64,000 bases of DNA from Pseudomonadota bacterium (lineage in GTDB: Bacteria; Myxococcota_A; UBA9042; GCA-2863065), in assembly GCA_002863065.1 (NCBI GenBank), contig PKDL01000512.1:1190-65189 (forward strand), read 5' to 3'. The translations under genes were made by a program, and so were the position numbers. The notes under the pieces were generated by a model. It ran no database searches. It saw only the letters and a list, made by a program, of their open reading frames with translations, and was not told where the DNA came from. Positions 40,334-50,585 of the stretch are shown piece by piece (the stretch's first letter is position 1; each line of letters opens with the position of its first letter).

Positions 40334-40643
40334 TTGCCCGCAGTTTGTTCTGCAAGCTACCACTATCGGGCCGGGGCGGAAGGTCGCGTCAGGCCCTAGA
40401 TCTGCGAAGGGCTAATTCAACAGCAAGACCCGAGCGGTAGAGGCGCGAACGTTACGTACCCTCTACGCGGTTGGTGCTCGCATTCGAAAGCTATCGTGCT
40501 GTTCGAACGGTTGGGCATACTCTTAGCCATATCCGCAGAGCGATAGCATAGCGCGTGCACCGCCCATGTCAAAGGCTACTCAATGCTGCGACACGCATCT
40601 GCAATGTGGCGAGCCTGACCTGATTTGATGTTTGGATCGGTTC

Positions 40644-42590
40644 TTATGCGCCGCGAAGCTTTCTCACATCACCCACTCGGATGGTAAGGCGCTTTGAGTC
40701 TAGATACTCACCGAGTGGTACTGTGAATTTACGGGAAGCTCCTGTGAGTTCTTTTAGTTGCGGGGTCGACATCTCACCGTGACGCTGGATGTAATCTACA
40801 ACTTGTGCTTCTAGCGTTTCGATGTGTTGTACAGCGAACACCAATCTTTCCTGCACGCGAGCTAACTGTCCTTGGTCCACGAGCAGTTCTATGACTTCAT
40901 ACACATCATTCGCGGTACTTTTTGTTGTCTGGGCCACATCTTTCGATAGCGAGCTCAGGTCAGGTGGCTCCAGTCCACTCCCCACCAGTCGATGTAATAC
41001 TTCGTCTTGAACTCTCTTTAGTGCGGCGTTCAGTGCCGGTTCGAATGTATGGAGCTTTACCCAGCGCTCAGAGATGTCTACCACCTGGCTGGTCGTAAGC
41101 ACATCCAAGATTGCGCCGTAATATTTAGGAGGGAGGTCGGGGCGTAATCGGGACCGAAGCTCTTCGCGAGGCATACCAGGGCGATGCGTGTGTGAAGTAT
41201 GGTAATCGGCAAGTATTGATTGTGCCCTTTGGACGAGTGCAACAAAGCGAGTGCTATCCACATAGAGCACCGCACCATCATGCATGTATTGATATGCGCG
41301 CCGAGCTTCGCATAGGGCTGTCAGGACTGTTTTTGCCTCTGATTCCGATAAGGAATGTACTTGTTGAACGAGTCCGGTGGGTGCGCCGTTTCGCCCTGCG
41401 AGTGCGAGAGTGTACGTCACTGCTTCCGCTAGATCGCTTCCTCGCCATGCGGAGAAGGCTGCAGATACCGTTAGGCTGTCTTGCCGCTTATGCTTCACAG
41501 CAACAGGATGACGAATGATACCACCGCCGAGCGTTTTCCCATGCTGAGGTAGCATTTGGAATCCACGAATGATGACCCTGTCACCGCCCAATGCAACCGC
41601 CCATTTATCGAGTCGTAATTGTATGGGAGCCGATTCCCCAGGTTCCAGCACATCTCGGTCCAGCAGAACAACGGTCCCATTCACTTGTTTAGTCCCTATG
41701 TGGGCAAGGACTTTGGTGTGACGACCGAATGCTCGTGGCGCATGCGGCAAGAGCCTTAGGTCTACATCTAGCATCCGGGATGCTTCTAAAAGACTGGGGT
41801 GAGATAATACATCTCCTCGCGAAATTTCGCTGACATCAATACCGGCTAAATTGATGGCTACTCGTTGTCCGCGCGTAGCAGAGTTAACTGGGCTTCCGTG
41901 ACTTTCTATCCCCCGGACTTTGGCTTGAAGACCTGTCGGTTGGAGTTCGAGCATATCGCCGGTGGATATGCATCCAGAGCTAAGCGTACCGGTCACCACC
42001 GTTCCAAAGCCACGCATCGTAAAAACCCTATCTATCGGTAGCCGAGTTGGGCGACCGAGACCTGAATCGTCGCTAATTGGCGCGAGGGCGTCTATCGCGT
42101 TGAAGAGTGCAGTCTTCATCCCGGGCAGGGTCGTATCGTCCATGGCAGAAAACCGAACGATTGGTGCTCCATCTAGAAATGTACCGCTCAATGTGTCTTC
42201 AAGGTCTGACTCGACGAGGTCGAGCCATTCTTCGTCCACAAGGTCTACTTTCGTGAGAACAATGAGTCCCTTCTCGATGCCGAGCAGCGAGCAAATATCC
42301 AGGTGTTCACGCGTCTGTTGCATGACACCTTCATCTGCTGCGACCACAAACATAACCAGGTCGATTCCGGATGCTCCCGCGATCATGTGGCGTACGAATT
42401 TCTCGTGTCCAGGAACATCGATGAGTCCACAACGCTGTCCATTGGGAAGGTCAATGTAGGCGAATCCGAGTTCAATCGAGATGCCGCGGCTCTTTTCTTC
42501 TTTCAGCCGGTCGGTAGCAATGCCCGTCAATGCCCGAACTAGTGAACTTTTTCCGTGGTCGATATGACCCGCGGTTCCGATGATTATCAA
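40644..42590 (-). CDS. selB: selenocysteine-specific translation elongation factor SelB
   Basis: EF-Tu-like GTPase motifs [21 protein letters not shown] and TKVDLV. It has a long C-terminal extension (winged-helix SECIS-binding region) typical of bacterial SelB. 648 aa. Confidence 0.9.
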   Translation of the reverse strand: MIIIGTAGHIDHGKSSLVRALTGIATDRLKEEKSRGISIELGFAYIDLPNGQRCGLIDVPGHEKFVRHMIAGASGIDLVMFVVAADEGVMQQTREHLDICSLLGIEKGLIVLTKVDLVDEEWLDLVESDLEDTLSGTFLDGAPIVRFSAMDDTTLPGMKTALFNAIDALAPISDDSGLGRPTRLPIDRVFTMRGFGTVVTGTLSSGCISTGDMLELQPTGLQAKVRGIESHGSPVNSATRGQRVAINLAGIDVSEISRGDVLSHPSLLEASRMLDVDLRLLPHAPRAFGRHTKVLAHIGTKQVNGTVVLLDRDVLEPGESAPIQLRLDKWAVALGGDRVIIRGFQMLPQHGKTLGGGIIRHPVAVKHKRQDSLTVSAAFSAWRGSDLAEAVTYTLALAGRNGAPTGLVQQVHSLSESEAKTVLTALCEARRAYQYMHDGAVLYVDSTRFVALVQRAQSILADYHTSHTHRPGMPREELRSRLRPDLPPKYYGAILDVLTTSQVVDISERWVKLHTFEPALNAALKRVQDEVLHRLVGSGLEPPDLSSLSKDVAQTTKSTANDVYEVIELLVDQGQLARVQERLVFAVQHIETLEAQVVDYIQRHGEMSTPQLKELTGASRKFTVPLGEYLDSKRLTIRVGDVRKLRGA

Positions 42591-42924
42591 TGCTTTTCAC
42601 CTATGGCAGCATGTCCATGCTGACGAAATAGAGGTTTCATGCGGCGGCTCCGATGGGGCATCAAGTGCGTTTGATGTTTACTACCTAGCGATGCACTGCG
42701 TGGTTGAAGCTACTGAATTCTTACTATATTCGCATCGTTTTGCGTAGGAGGCAGGCGAATTATTCGTCCGCATGTACCTGTAAGATAAGAGTTTCGCGCG
42801 CGGTATGAAAAAAGTGACTACATTGTCGATGCAGTCGGTGCGATGTAAACTACCGCAACTTTGCTAAAGCGGTTGGATTTCTAGTCGCTCATGCAGCGGA
42901 GTGACTGGGATAAGAGGGGCTCCT

Positions 42925-45900
42925 ATGAAACTGGATTGTCCGCACTGTGGGACGAGCTTTGAGGCTGCCGACGATCGCGATCCGACGGCAGATGTTACGT
43001 GTCCGAACTGTATGCAATCATTTTCGGTTGCAGAGGCTGGGTCATCATCGGGAGACGATGGAGATTTTGGCTTCGAGCTCGATGATCTGATGTCGTATTC
43101 GGGCATTGGTACGGTCGCATCTCTCGACTTGGAAGCGACGGCCACGTCAGCCCCAGAGAGTTTCGAGGCTCGTGATACCAAGGGTTCGCCAGAACCGGAT
43201 TCGCAAACCTTCGAGACGAGTTTTGACGAAGCAGTAGCGGAAATGAGCGCGATCGGCTTTGATGAGGCCGATCCAGAGCGCACTGGTGACGTCAGTCATC
43301 TGCGTGACGTCGATCTAACGATGATTGGAACGTATCACCGGACGGGCAGAAAGTTGCACCACGCCACTGATGTCGTTTGGACCGGCAAAGGAGAGTCTGA
43401 AGAAGATCTGACTCCGCCACCCATACCTACGGAAGCAAAACCGACACCTTCCGCGTTTGAGCCAATCTCGCCCAGCGACTCCATCATCGACGACAGTTTC
43501 GCGAGCTCTGCCTCATTCACTGCTAGTCAGTCCGTCGATTTTGAAGCTAGTCTCTCGATGGATGCTGCGGAGGTGGATCCTGGCCTGACGAATACCAAAA
43601 CCAATGTGCCAGAGCCCGAAAGTGGGCCCGTCGAAAAACTTGATGAAATGGACTTTTCTAGTCTTCTCGAAGACAGCATTAGCGGGAAGAGCCTCTTCGG
43701 TCAGGACTCGAATCCATTCGTTGACGTGGGCATTTCCTCCGACTCCGTCACCGGGGTATCGGAGTACTCTGCCCTCGGTTCGGAGCAAGACGACGCTCCT
43801 TCTGACGCACACGATTCATCGCCTGAGACTAAGACCTTTTTTGTCGATGCTCCAAGCGTCGAGGACGAAGACCAGGATACTGGCGTCGCAGGCGGAGCGC
43901 TGGACGCCCAAGCTGCTTTAGATATCGATACAGGAAGCCACGTAGGCCCTCTACCGGGGGCTCCTTTGGGTACGGATAATGCGGCTGCAGCAACAGCGCC
44001 TAAAACGGCAGGCGCTCGAGGCCGAGGGACGCATGAAAAGCGTTCAAGGGCACCGCTCATCGTCTTCTTTGCACTTGTACTCATTGCCGGCGCTGGAGTC
44101 GGAGGGGAATACACGGGTAATGGCTGGTTCTTTATGAACCTTATTGAAGAACCCGCTGTACCGCCCGCCCGGGGGGAAGATCCATCGCTAGCTCAACAAG
44201 CATCACCCGAAGCAACGCAAGCAGGAGCTGCTGCAGAGGCAAATTCAGAATCAGCAGAATCCATAGGTTTGGCTGACATGCCATCGGCGTATCGAGCGAA
44301 GGCCGCTGAGCTCGAGAGTGCGCTGAAGTCAGCAAAAGCTGGTGGTGTAAAGTCGACGCTTACTGACGAGCTAGTAGTTCTCTACACGAAGTTCTTGTAC
44401 CGCTGGCCGGCGCGCATGCACCACGATGACGCGATGCAGCAACGCCTCGCGGAACTTAGGGCAGGACGTGAGAACCAGAGCTTCCACGCTCAGTTCTGGG
44501 AGTTTTTCCAGAGCGCAATCGACGAGACAGACGCGGAGAAAAAGGCCGCTGGCCTGAAAAAAGCTGAAATCGCACTGGCAAAAGTAAACTTTGGAGGGCT
44601 CTCACCGGAATCGAACCTGCTCTACAAAGCGCTGCTCTTCGCATCGACTAACCAGAAAAGCGACGCGTTGCCACTCGTTGAACTCGCACTCAATAAAAAC
44701 CCGCAGAGTCAATGGGCAGCCTATGAGCGTGCACGTCTGCTTCTCGAATCGAACAAGCTAGACGAAGCGAAGGCCGCGACCGACGCGCTGCTCGAGCTGA
44801 ACCCTCAGCATCCTGATGCCGCGGTTCTTCAAGTGAACATCGCCATCGCACGGCAAACTCAGGAAGCATACGGTGCAGGAATAATGATCGCTGACGCCTT
44901 GCGCGGACGCATGAAAGAAAGCGGTGACCTCTACGGGGAGTATCAAGCAAACCTATTGCGAGCCAGGCTGTATGGCTTACAAAATGATTTGAAAAATCGC
45001 CTGGCTTCTCTTGAGGCAGCATCGGCCTACGACCCCAATAATGAGACCCTTCTCTTGGAGTTAGCCGATACTGATATTCGCACTGGGAACTCAAAAAAAG
45101 CGGCTGAAAGGTTGAAGCAATGTGACCCTAAGGTGTGCGGCTCACTTCGCTTTTTCCGAACCTATATCAAGACACTGCAGACGGATCATCTCTTTGCAGA
45201 AGCAGAGGCAGTTGCTGCTAAGGCTGAGGAAGCGCATCCCGATAGTCCTGACATCCTGTTTGCATCCGGTAGTGTGTCGGAACAGCGGGGCAAATTACGA
45301 GCAGCTGCCAAGCAATATGCAAAAGTATTGGAGAAAGACCCGAAGCACCTAGAGGCATATCTTCGGCTTGCTGGTATTCACCGACGAGAGAAAGCGTATG
45401 GGAAGGCCATTGCTGTCCTGGATAGCGCGAGCCAGGTATTCGAAGGCGCGGGCAAAGACAGTGAAGCAGCGCTAGCGTTAGAATTAGAACGCGCAGAGTT
45501 GCTCGTACAACGAGGACGGAAGGATGACGCTCGGAAAATCTTCTCAGGTATTGTGCAAGAGCGCCCCAATAACTCGCATGCTCGATTGCGCCTGGCGACG
45601 CTACATGTGGAATTAGGTGCTGCCGCGAAAGCAGTTGATGAATTCGAAAAAATATTACGTCAGGGTAAAGGGGGCACAGATGTGAGCCTCCCATTCGCTG
45701 AAGCACTTCTCCAAAGTGGAAAACCGGACCGCGCGATCGAAGAACTGAAATCGTACTTGGAGACATCGCAAAACGATCTCCAGGGCTTGGTCAAGCTCGG
45801 CCACGCATACGTGATGAAGCAGAGATACGAAGAGGCGATGGCGGTTTTAGAGCATGCGGTTGCGATCAATCGTAATTTCGCGCCGGCCTACTATTACGCA

Positions 45901-46725
45901 GGTCTTGCAGAGTTCGGTCGTCAACGCCAGAGGGCGCGCGACGTGGAAAGGCGCCTCCGAAATGGAGAACCAATTCGGATGGAGAACAAGCCAGATTTTG
46001 GTAAGGCGATTCGAGCGCTGAATAATGCACGGGAGAAAGCGCCCGAAAATCTGGAGTACCGCCGCGTTTTAGCTGAGGCTCTTACCGAGAGCGGTCGCCA
46101 GCGCGACCTTCAGTCTGCATTGGAACAGTATGATTCGATTATTCGAGAGTATCGGAAGTCGATTCGACTAGGTCGACCAGTGGTCGAAAGCGCGGAGGTC
46201 TACTTCAAACGAGGTCTTCTTGCATCTAAATTGAGTCGGCCTCGGACCGAGGTAGTAAGTAACTTCAAGAGTGCAATTGTTCTCGATAGCGGCAGGGCTG
46301 ACTTCGTCGCCCGGTATGGTGAGGAGCTCTATCGTAACCAGACTAAGAAGCGCATTGGCGACCAGTATGTGTTGGAAGCGAAATCGTACTTCCAGCTGGT
46401 GATGGAGCAATACGATAGGAACCACGTTCGTTCGAACTACTACATGGGTAAGATCACCCTGCGCGAGTGGGATAAGCAGTCGAATCGGCGGCCCTATGAC
46501 AAGCTCCACAAGCTAGCGACTGAGTACTTTCAGAATGTGATTCGCCACAATGGGGCGCTAGAATTCCCAGAGACGTATTTTAATCTGGGTAACATCATGA
46601 AAGACCGACAGATTAGTGGCTTAGCGAATGAGATGTACTCGAAATATTTGGAGACTTACAAGCGCTCTACCGGGAAGCAGAGTCCGAAAGAGCGCTACGT
46701 TCGAGACCTGATGCGGAAGCGTTAG
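42925..46725 (+). CDS. giant zinc-ribbon / TM / TPR-repeat protein
   Basis: Start at MKLDCPHCGTSF...CPNCMQSF (a C4 zinc ribbon) with SD AGAGGGG upstream. A long acidic disordered region follows. TM helix LIVFFALVLIAGAGVGG. Then ~800 aa of TPR-like repeats. Confidence 0.7.
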   Translation: MKLDCPHCGTSFEAADDRDPTADVTCPNCMQSFSVAEAGSSSGDDGDFGFELDDLMSYSGIGTVASLDLEATATSAPESFEARDTKGSPEPDSQTFETSFDEAVAEMSAIGFDEADPERTGDVSHLRDVDLTMIGTYHRTGRKLHHATDVVWTGKGESEEDLTPPPIPTEAKPTPSAFEPISPSDSIIDDSFASSASFTASQSVDFEASLSMDAAEVDPGLTNTKTNVPEPESGPVEKLDEMDFSSLLEDSISGKSLFGQDSNPFVDVGISSDSVTGVSEYSALGSEQDDAPSDAHDSSPETKTFFVDAPSVEDEDQDTGVAGGALDAQAALDIDTGSHVGPLPGAPLGTDNAAAATAPKTAGARGRGTHEKRSRAPLIVFFALVLIAGAGVGGEYTGNGWFFMNLIEEPAVPPARGEDPSLAQQASPEATQAGAAAEANSESAESIGLADMPSAYRAKAAELESALKSAKAGGVKSTLTDELVVLYTKFLYRWPARMHHDDAMQQRLAELRAGRENQSFHAQFWEFFQSAIDETDAEKKAAGLKKAEIALAKVNFGGLSPESNLLYKALLFASTNQKSDALPLVELALNKNPQSQWAAYERARLLLESNKLDEAKAATDALLELNPQHPDAAVLQVNIAIARQTQEAYGAGIMIADALRGRMKESGDLYGEYQANLLRARLYGLQNDLKNRLASLEAASAYDPNNETLLLELADTDIRTGNSKKAAERLKQCDPKVCGSLRFFRTYIKTLQTDHLFAEAEAVAAKAEEAHPDSPDILFASGSVSEQRGKLRAAAKQYAKVLEKDPKHLEAYLRLAGIHRREKAYGKAIAVLDSASQVFEGAGKDSEAALALELERAELLVQRGRKDDARKIFSGIVQERPNNSHARLRLATLHVELGAAAKAVDEFEKILRQGKGGTDVSLPFAEALLQSGKPDRAIEELKSYLETSQNDLQGLVKLGHAYVMKQRYEEAMAVLEHAVAINRNFAPAYYYAGLAEFGRQRQRARDVERRLRNGEPIRMENKPDFGKAIRALNNAREKAPENLEYRRVLAEALTESGRQRDLQSALEQYDSIIREYRKSIRLGRPVVESAEVYFKRGLLASKLSRPRTEVVSNFKSAIVLDSGRADFVARYGEELYRNQTKKRIGDQYVLEAKSYFQLVMEQYDRNHVRSNYYMGKITLREWDKQSNRRPYDKLHKLATEYFQNVIRHNGALEFPETYFNLGNIMKDRQISGLANEMYSKYLETYKRSTGKQSPKERYVRDLMRKR

Positions 46726-46784
46726 TATGTTGATGTCTGTTTAGGGTCTTGTAGTACTTCCTTAGAAGTCACTAGAGTGAGTAT

Positions 46785-48632
46785 GTGAGAGTACTTGGGA
46801 ATCTACCGGCCGTTGCAGTGATCCTAGCGCTAGCGTCGTGTACCTCGGCGACGTCGGGCGCTCCCACCAATATTGCACCCGCTGACTTCGACGTCGTCAT
46901 ACCAGACATCACCATCTTGGATACCGGTGCTCAACAGGACGCAGTTTTCGATCCCGGACCCTGTGAAGGTATTGCTGAAGGTGGCCCATGCGACGATGGT
47001 GACCTCTGCACCGTCAACGACATGTGCATCGGCGGATTTTGTATTTCGGGGGAAATGACGCAGTGTGACTCACCCGCCGATCCGTGCCGAGAGGCTGTGT
47101 GCCTCCCAACGCAAGGCTGCACTATTGTACCCCTTATTGATGAATCGTTTTGTAGCCTTCCCTGTTATTCCAGCGGGCGGTGTGAATCGGGCACATGTAT
47201 CCCCGACCCATCGACAGCAAAGATTTGTCCCGCACCGCTCAATCCGTGTGTTGATTCTGCCGCCTGCAATCCAGAGGATGGCGAATGCAATATTTTAGTG
47301 TACGCGCTGTCTTGTCCCGAGGGCTTCAGCTGCCAGGCAAATGCTGGTGTATTGGCGTGTGTTGAAGATTATCCATGGCTCTGTAAGCCGTGCACTTCAG
47401 ATGCAGAATGCGAGGATACCAATCAGCCGGATCGTAAGAATTTATGCGTGAGCTATGGCGATGCCGGAAGCTACTGTGGAGGTGACTGCGCTGCTGGTAC
47501 TTGTCCCGCTGGATATGAATGTAAAGATGCGGCTGACCAGAACGGTGAATTGCACCCGCAGTGTATTGCGTCGGACTTAAAGTGTGAGTGTCGTCCCGAG
47601 TGGTCGTCGTTGGGTTTCCAGACAATGTGCTCGTCTCAAAACGAGTGGGGGAGTTGCAGTGGTACGCGATATTGTTTGCCAGGTGGGCTCACTCCATGCT
47701 CAGCAACAACTCCCGGTAAAGAGGTATGCGACGGCCTGGATAACGATTGTGATGGCCAGACAGATATAGCAAATGGCTGTGGGCCGCCGGGGGCCTGTTG
47801 TGTAGGTATTGGCACATGCACTGAGAGCTTCAAGATGAGTTGCTCACTACAGGGTGGAACATTCCAAGGCATTGGAGTCGATTGTAATGGTGCCGCATGT
47901 GGTGGAGGAACAACGGGGGCCTGCTGTCTCCCCAATGGCTCCTGTGCGTTACACACATTGGCTGTATGCCTTTCTTTAGATGGCCAATATTTGGGAGATG
48001 GGCAAGTCTGTGACGGGGTAGAGTGCGCCACACCTCCGGGCGTCAGTGCTTGCTGTCGTCCGAACGGGACGTGTTCGACGACCCTACCAGTAAGTTGCAC
48101 ACTAAGCGGAGGCGTCTACCAGGGGCTAACCTCCAGCTGCAGCGAAATTACTTGTCCCGTCCTTGGCGCATGCTGCTTAGCCGATACGACTTGTATCGAC
48201 ATGTCACAAACCGAATGTTCTGAGATTGGGGCGGATTTCAGCCTCGGGCTAAGTTGCTCGGAAACCGATTGTCTTTTACCGCCTGGTCTTGGTGCCTGTT
48301 GCCTGGAGGGAGGTGCATGTGCCGTACTGCCGCTGGAAGAGTGTGGGGGTCAAGCATTAGAGGGAGAAATGTGTGTTGGGCAATGCGCATCGCCCACGTT
48401 AGGTGCGTGTTGCGCACCGTTTCAACAGGGGTGTACTGAGGTACAAATACAGGAGTGTCCAGCAACGCATAAATGGGAGGGTGCGAACACGGTGTGTGCG
48501 CAATCATGTATTGAAACGACTGGAATCTGTTGTAAGTTTGGTAACTGTTATCCAGGACTGACAGCGGCTCAATGCGAGGCAGTTAGCGGTTCGTACGCCG
48601 GTCCGGATGCGACGTGTGAAGTCTGTCAGTAG
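46785..48632 (+). CDS. Cys-rich secreted lipoprotein with CDGLDNDCDG metal-binding-like motif and seven tandem GACC-type Cys repeats
   Basis: Lipobox ILALASCT. The N-terminal half has irregular Cys-rich modules. The CDGLDNDCDGQTD motif is followed by seven ~40-aa repeats: GACCVGIGTC...C, GACCLPNGSC...C, SACCRPNGTC...C, GACCLADTTC...C, GACCLEGGAC...C, GACCAPFQQGC...C and GICCKFGNC...C. Confidence 0.65.
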   Translation: MRVLGNLPAVAVILALASCTSATSGAPTNIAPADFDVVIPDITILDTGAQQDAVFDPGPCEGIAEGGPCDDGDLCTVNDMCIGGFCISGEMTQCDSPADPCREAVCLPTQGCTIVPLIDESFCSLPCYSSGRCESGTCIPDPSTAKICPAPLNPCVDSAACNPEDGECNILVYALSCPEGFSCQANAGVLACVEDYPWLCKPCTSDAECEDTNQPDRKNLCVSYGDAGSYCGGDCAAGTCPAGYECKDAADQNGELHPQCIASDLKCECRPEWSSLGFQTMCSSQNEWGSCSGTRYCLPGGLTPCSATTPGKEVCDGLDNDCDGQTDIANGCGPPGACCVGIGTCTESFKMSCSLQGGTFQGIGVDCNGAACGGGTTGACCLPNGSCALHTLAVCLSLDGQYLGDGQVCDGVECATPPGVSACCRPNGTCSTTLPVSCTLSGGVYQGLTSSCSEITCPVLGACCLADTTCIDMSQTECSEIGADFSLGLSCSETDCLLPPGLGACCLEGGACAVLPLEECGGQALEGEMCVGQCASPTLGACCAPFQQGCTEVQIQECPATHKWEGANTVCAQSCIETTGICCKFGNCYPGLTAAQCEAVSGSYAGPDATCEVCQ

Positions 48633-48714
48633 CCGCCTTCATGAGCGGATGTAGGTGGACTCTGTGCTCACTCAGTAATGCTGCCTTGCGAATCCGATTA
48701 TAACGCTTGATACT

Positions 48715-50547
48715 TTGTACATGACGATTGTTGACCCAGATTGGGCACTACGCCTGCTTCGGGATCTCGGCTATCGCTACGCGTTTCGACTCGAGGGTTG
48801 GGTCGAGTGCTTGGTGTGGTACCAGGAAGAACGTTGGATTGGTCGTGGTGCGACGAGAAGTGAGGCCGTACAGGATGTACTGGGGAGGTTATTTCCATCC
48901 CGGGCTGCGCGGCAACTGCTTCTGAGAACGATACCTGAGGAAGCACAATCCGATGCGGTGAGCTTGGACTCCCCGTCGCCCTTAGAAGCACCACCTCAAG
49001 TCACGGCCGATTTGTCGTCTCGTGAAGAAGGACTGCCACAGCCTACACCGCAGGCTCCAAGCCGGGTTGTACTCCGAGTCGACGACCGTGATCCGGAAGC
49101 AGTTTTGGCAGACGTTGGACTACTGGACGAGCTAATCGATAGCAAACGTCCCGAACTGGCTCTCATGACGCCGGCCCGACAGCGGTTATCTATTTTGAGT
49201 TGGATCTGCCATGCGCGTGCAGCTCAGGGAAATGCTGATGCACATTCGCGAGTCGTTACTGCTGTGACGCATATTGCGCGAAAACTGACTCTGTTGAGCA
49301 AGCGCTGGTGGCCTGGTTCTGTCTTGTCTTTGCAATTGGATGCAACACCATTTCACGTTGGGCGGGAGCTGGATCTTGCTCGCAAGGACTGGCCACGAGA
49401 CTGGATTCAGGCAGGACAATGTGCCGAAATTAGGCTCTGCGAACTCGTTGCGCGCGAGGAATTAGCGACGCGGGATAGTTTTGGGTGGTCTGAACAGGAC
49501 CTTCGGATTCCGGAGCCGGCGGACCCAAATCAGATCTTGGAAGATATCCGTCAGCAACTCGAACAATTCGCGGGTCCCCTCGACCACAAGCCACCAAACC
49601 GGGCATCAGAAGGCATTCGGCGACCGGTACATGAGATGCGTATGCGGCAGCAGCATTGGGCTCGACTTGCTCGCTGGACGCGTGGGTATGCCACCGATTA
49701 CGTGGCCTGGGGTGCCTTGATGGGGCGCCTTCGCTGGATGTCCACACAAGCGTCGCGCAGGGATGAACTCTTTATGCAGCTGCTGTCGCCTGAGCACGTG
49801 CCTGTCGAACCGTGGTTCTCAAGTACTCGTATCGAAGCAGATACCGAAGAGAGGAGTCGCCTGCGTTCACAAGTATTACGGCGGGCCACCATATTGAAAA
49901 ACGTAGACCTCGACGCGATGCTGACCTGGCTCTTTGATGCGTTTGGCGTCTTAGATTCGGCCGCGATCACTCGACAGCTCGCACCGTTTCGTCAGCAAAT
50001 ACTACAAATTGATCCGGACGCTCTTGCAGAGATCGACCCTTCTCGTCGCCAAAGACTTGTTGAGGTTCAGGGGCAGTTGGCGAGCCTGTCCACTGACAGT
50101 CCGAAGCCCACCACTGCGAGTAGTACCCTTTCTCAGGTGGTATCGGGGGTCGCATATCCCGCGGCCGACGAGGGCATTGACCTTTTTGCTCCCATTCGTG
50201 AGCTCGTGCTCCCTCACACCACGGATGCGACAGCAATTCTGGTTGGGATTGGGGACCTAGAAGAACGAGCTGCTGTTTTGAAAGCACGCTTGGGTTTCCA
50301 TGTAGTGCATTGTGTACAGGCAGATCGCGATGATACGAAAGCAATGCGCGAGGCGGTCTCAGGGCATGATGCAAAATATGTGATCAGTGCAACTGGCTTT
50401 TACTCGCATGACTTTGACTTGGATGTGATTCGTCAGTGCCGCCGTTCCGACGTACTTCATGTTCGCGCACACCAGGGTGATCTGCGCACTACAACCGTCG
50501 CTTTGGCCCGGCATCTCGGGCTAACTCGTACCGCGGTAGCTCTCTAG
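48715..50547 (+). CDS. hypothetical cytoplasmic protein, 610 aa
   Basis: No signal peptide or TM helix. Uniform codon usage with no frame breaks. The C-terminal ~100 aa (ILVGIGDLEERAAVLKARLGFHVVHC...AKYVISATGFYSHD...) looks like a small Rossmann-like or DUF2325-like module. This is low-confidence recall. Confidence 0.5.
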   Translation: MYMTIVDPDWALRLLRDLGYRYAFRLEGWVECLVWYQEERWIGRGATRSEAVQDVLGRLFPSRAARQLLLRTIPEEAQSDAVSLDSPSPLEAPPQVTADLSSREEGLPQPTPQAPSRVVLRVDDRDPEAVLADVGLLDELIDSKRPELALMTPARQRLSILSWICHARAAQGNADAHSRVVTAVTHIARKLTLLSKRWWPGSVLSLQLDATPFHVGRELDLARKDWPRDWIQAGQCAEIRLCELVAREELATRDSFGWSEQDLRIPEPADPNQILEDIRQQLEQFAGPLDHKPPNRASEGIRRPVHEMRMRQQHWARLARWTRGYATDYVAWGALMGRLRWMSTQASRRDELFMQLLSPEHVPVEPWFSSTRIEADTEERSRLRSQVLRRATILKNVDLDAMLTWLFDAFGVLDSAAITRQLAPFRQQILQIDPDALAEIDPSRRQRLVEVQGQLASLSTDSPKPTTASSTLSQVVSGVAYPAADEGIDLFAPIRELVLPHTTDATAILVGIGDLEERAAVLKARLGFHVVHCVQADRDDTKAMREAVSGHDAKYVISATGFYSHDFDLDVIRQCRRSDVLHVRAHQGDLRTTTVALARHLGLTRTAVAL

Positions 50548-50585
50548 TAGTAAGTCGAGTCGTTCTTACTCAACGTACCGCAAAC

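Noticed and set aside
40364-40643. Candidate tRNA-Sec (selC) next to selB
   Set aside because: No GGTTCGAnTCC-type T-arm or 8-bp acceptor-stem pattern was found by eye on either strand. GTTCGAAC occurs but without flanking tRNA features. This cannot be excluded without a covariance-model search.
41962-42542. Plus-strand ORFs of 165 aa and 79 aa inside the selB locus
   Set aside because: They are antisense to selB and have no motifs.
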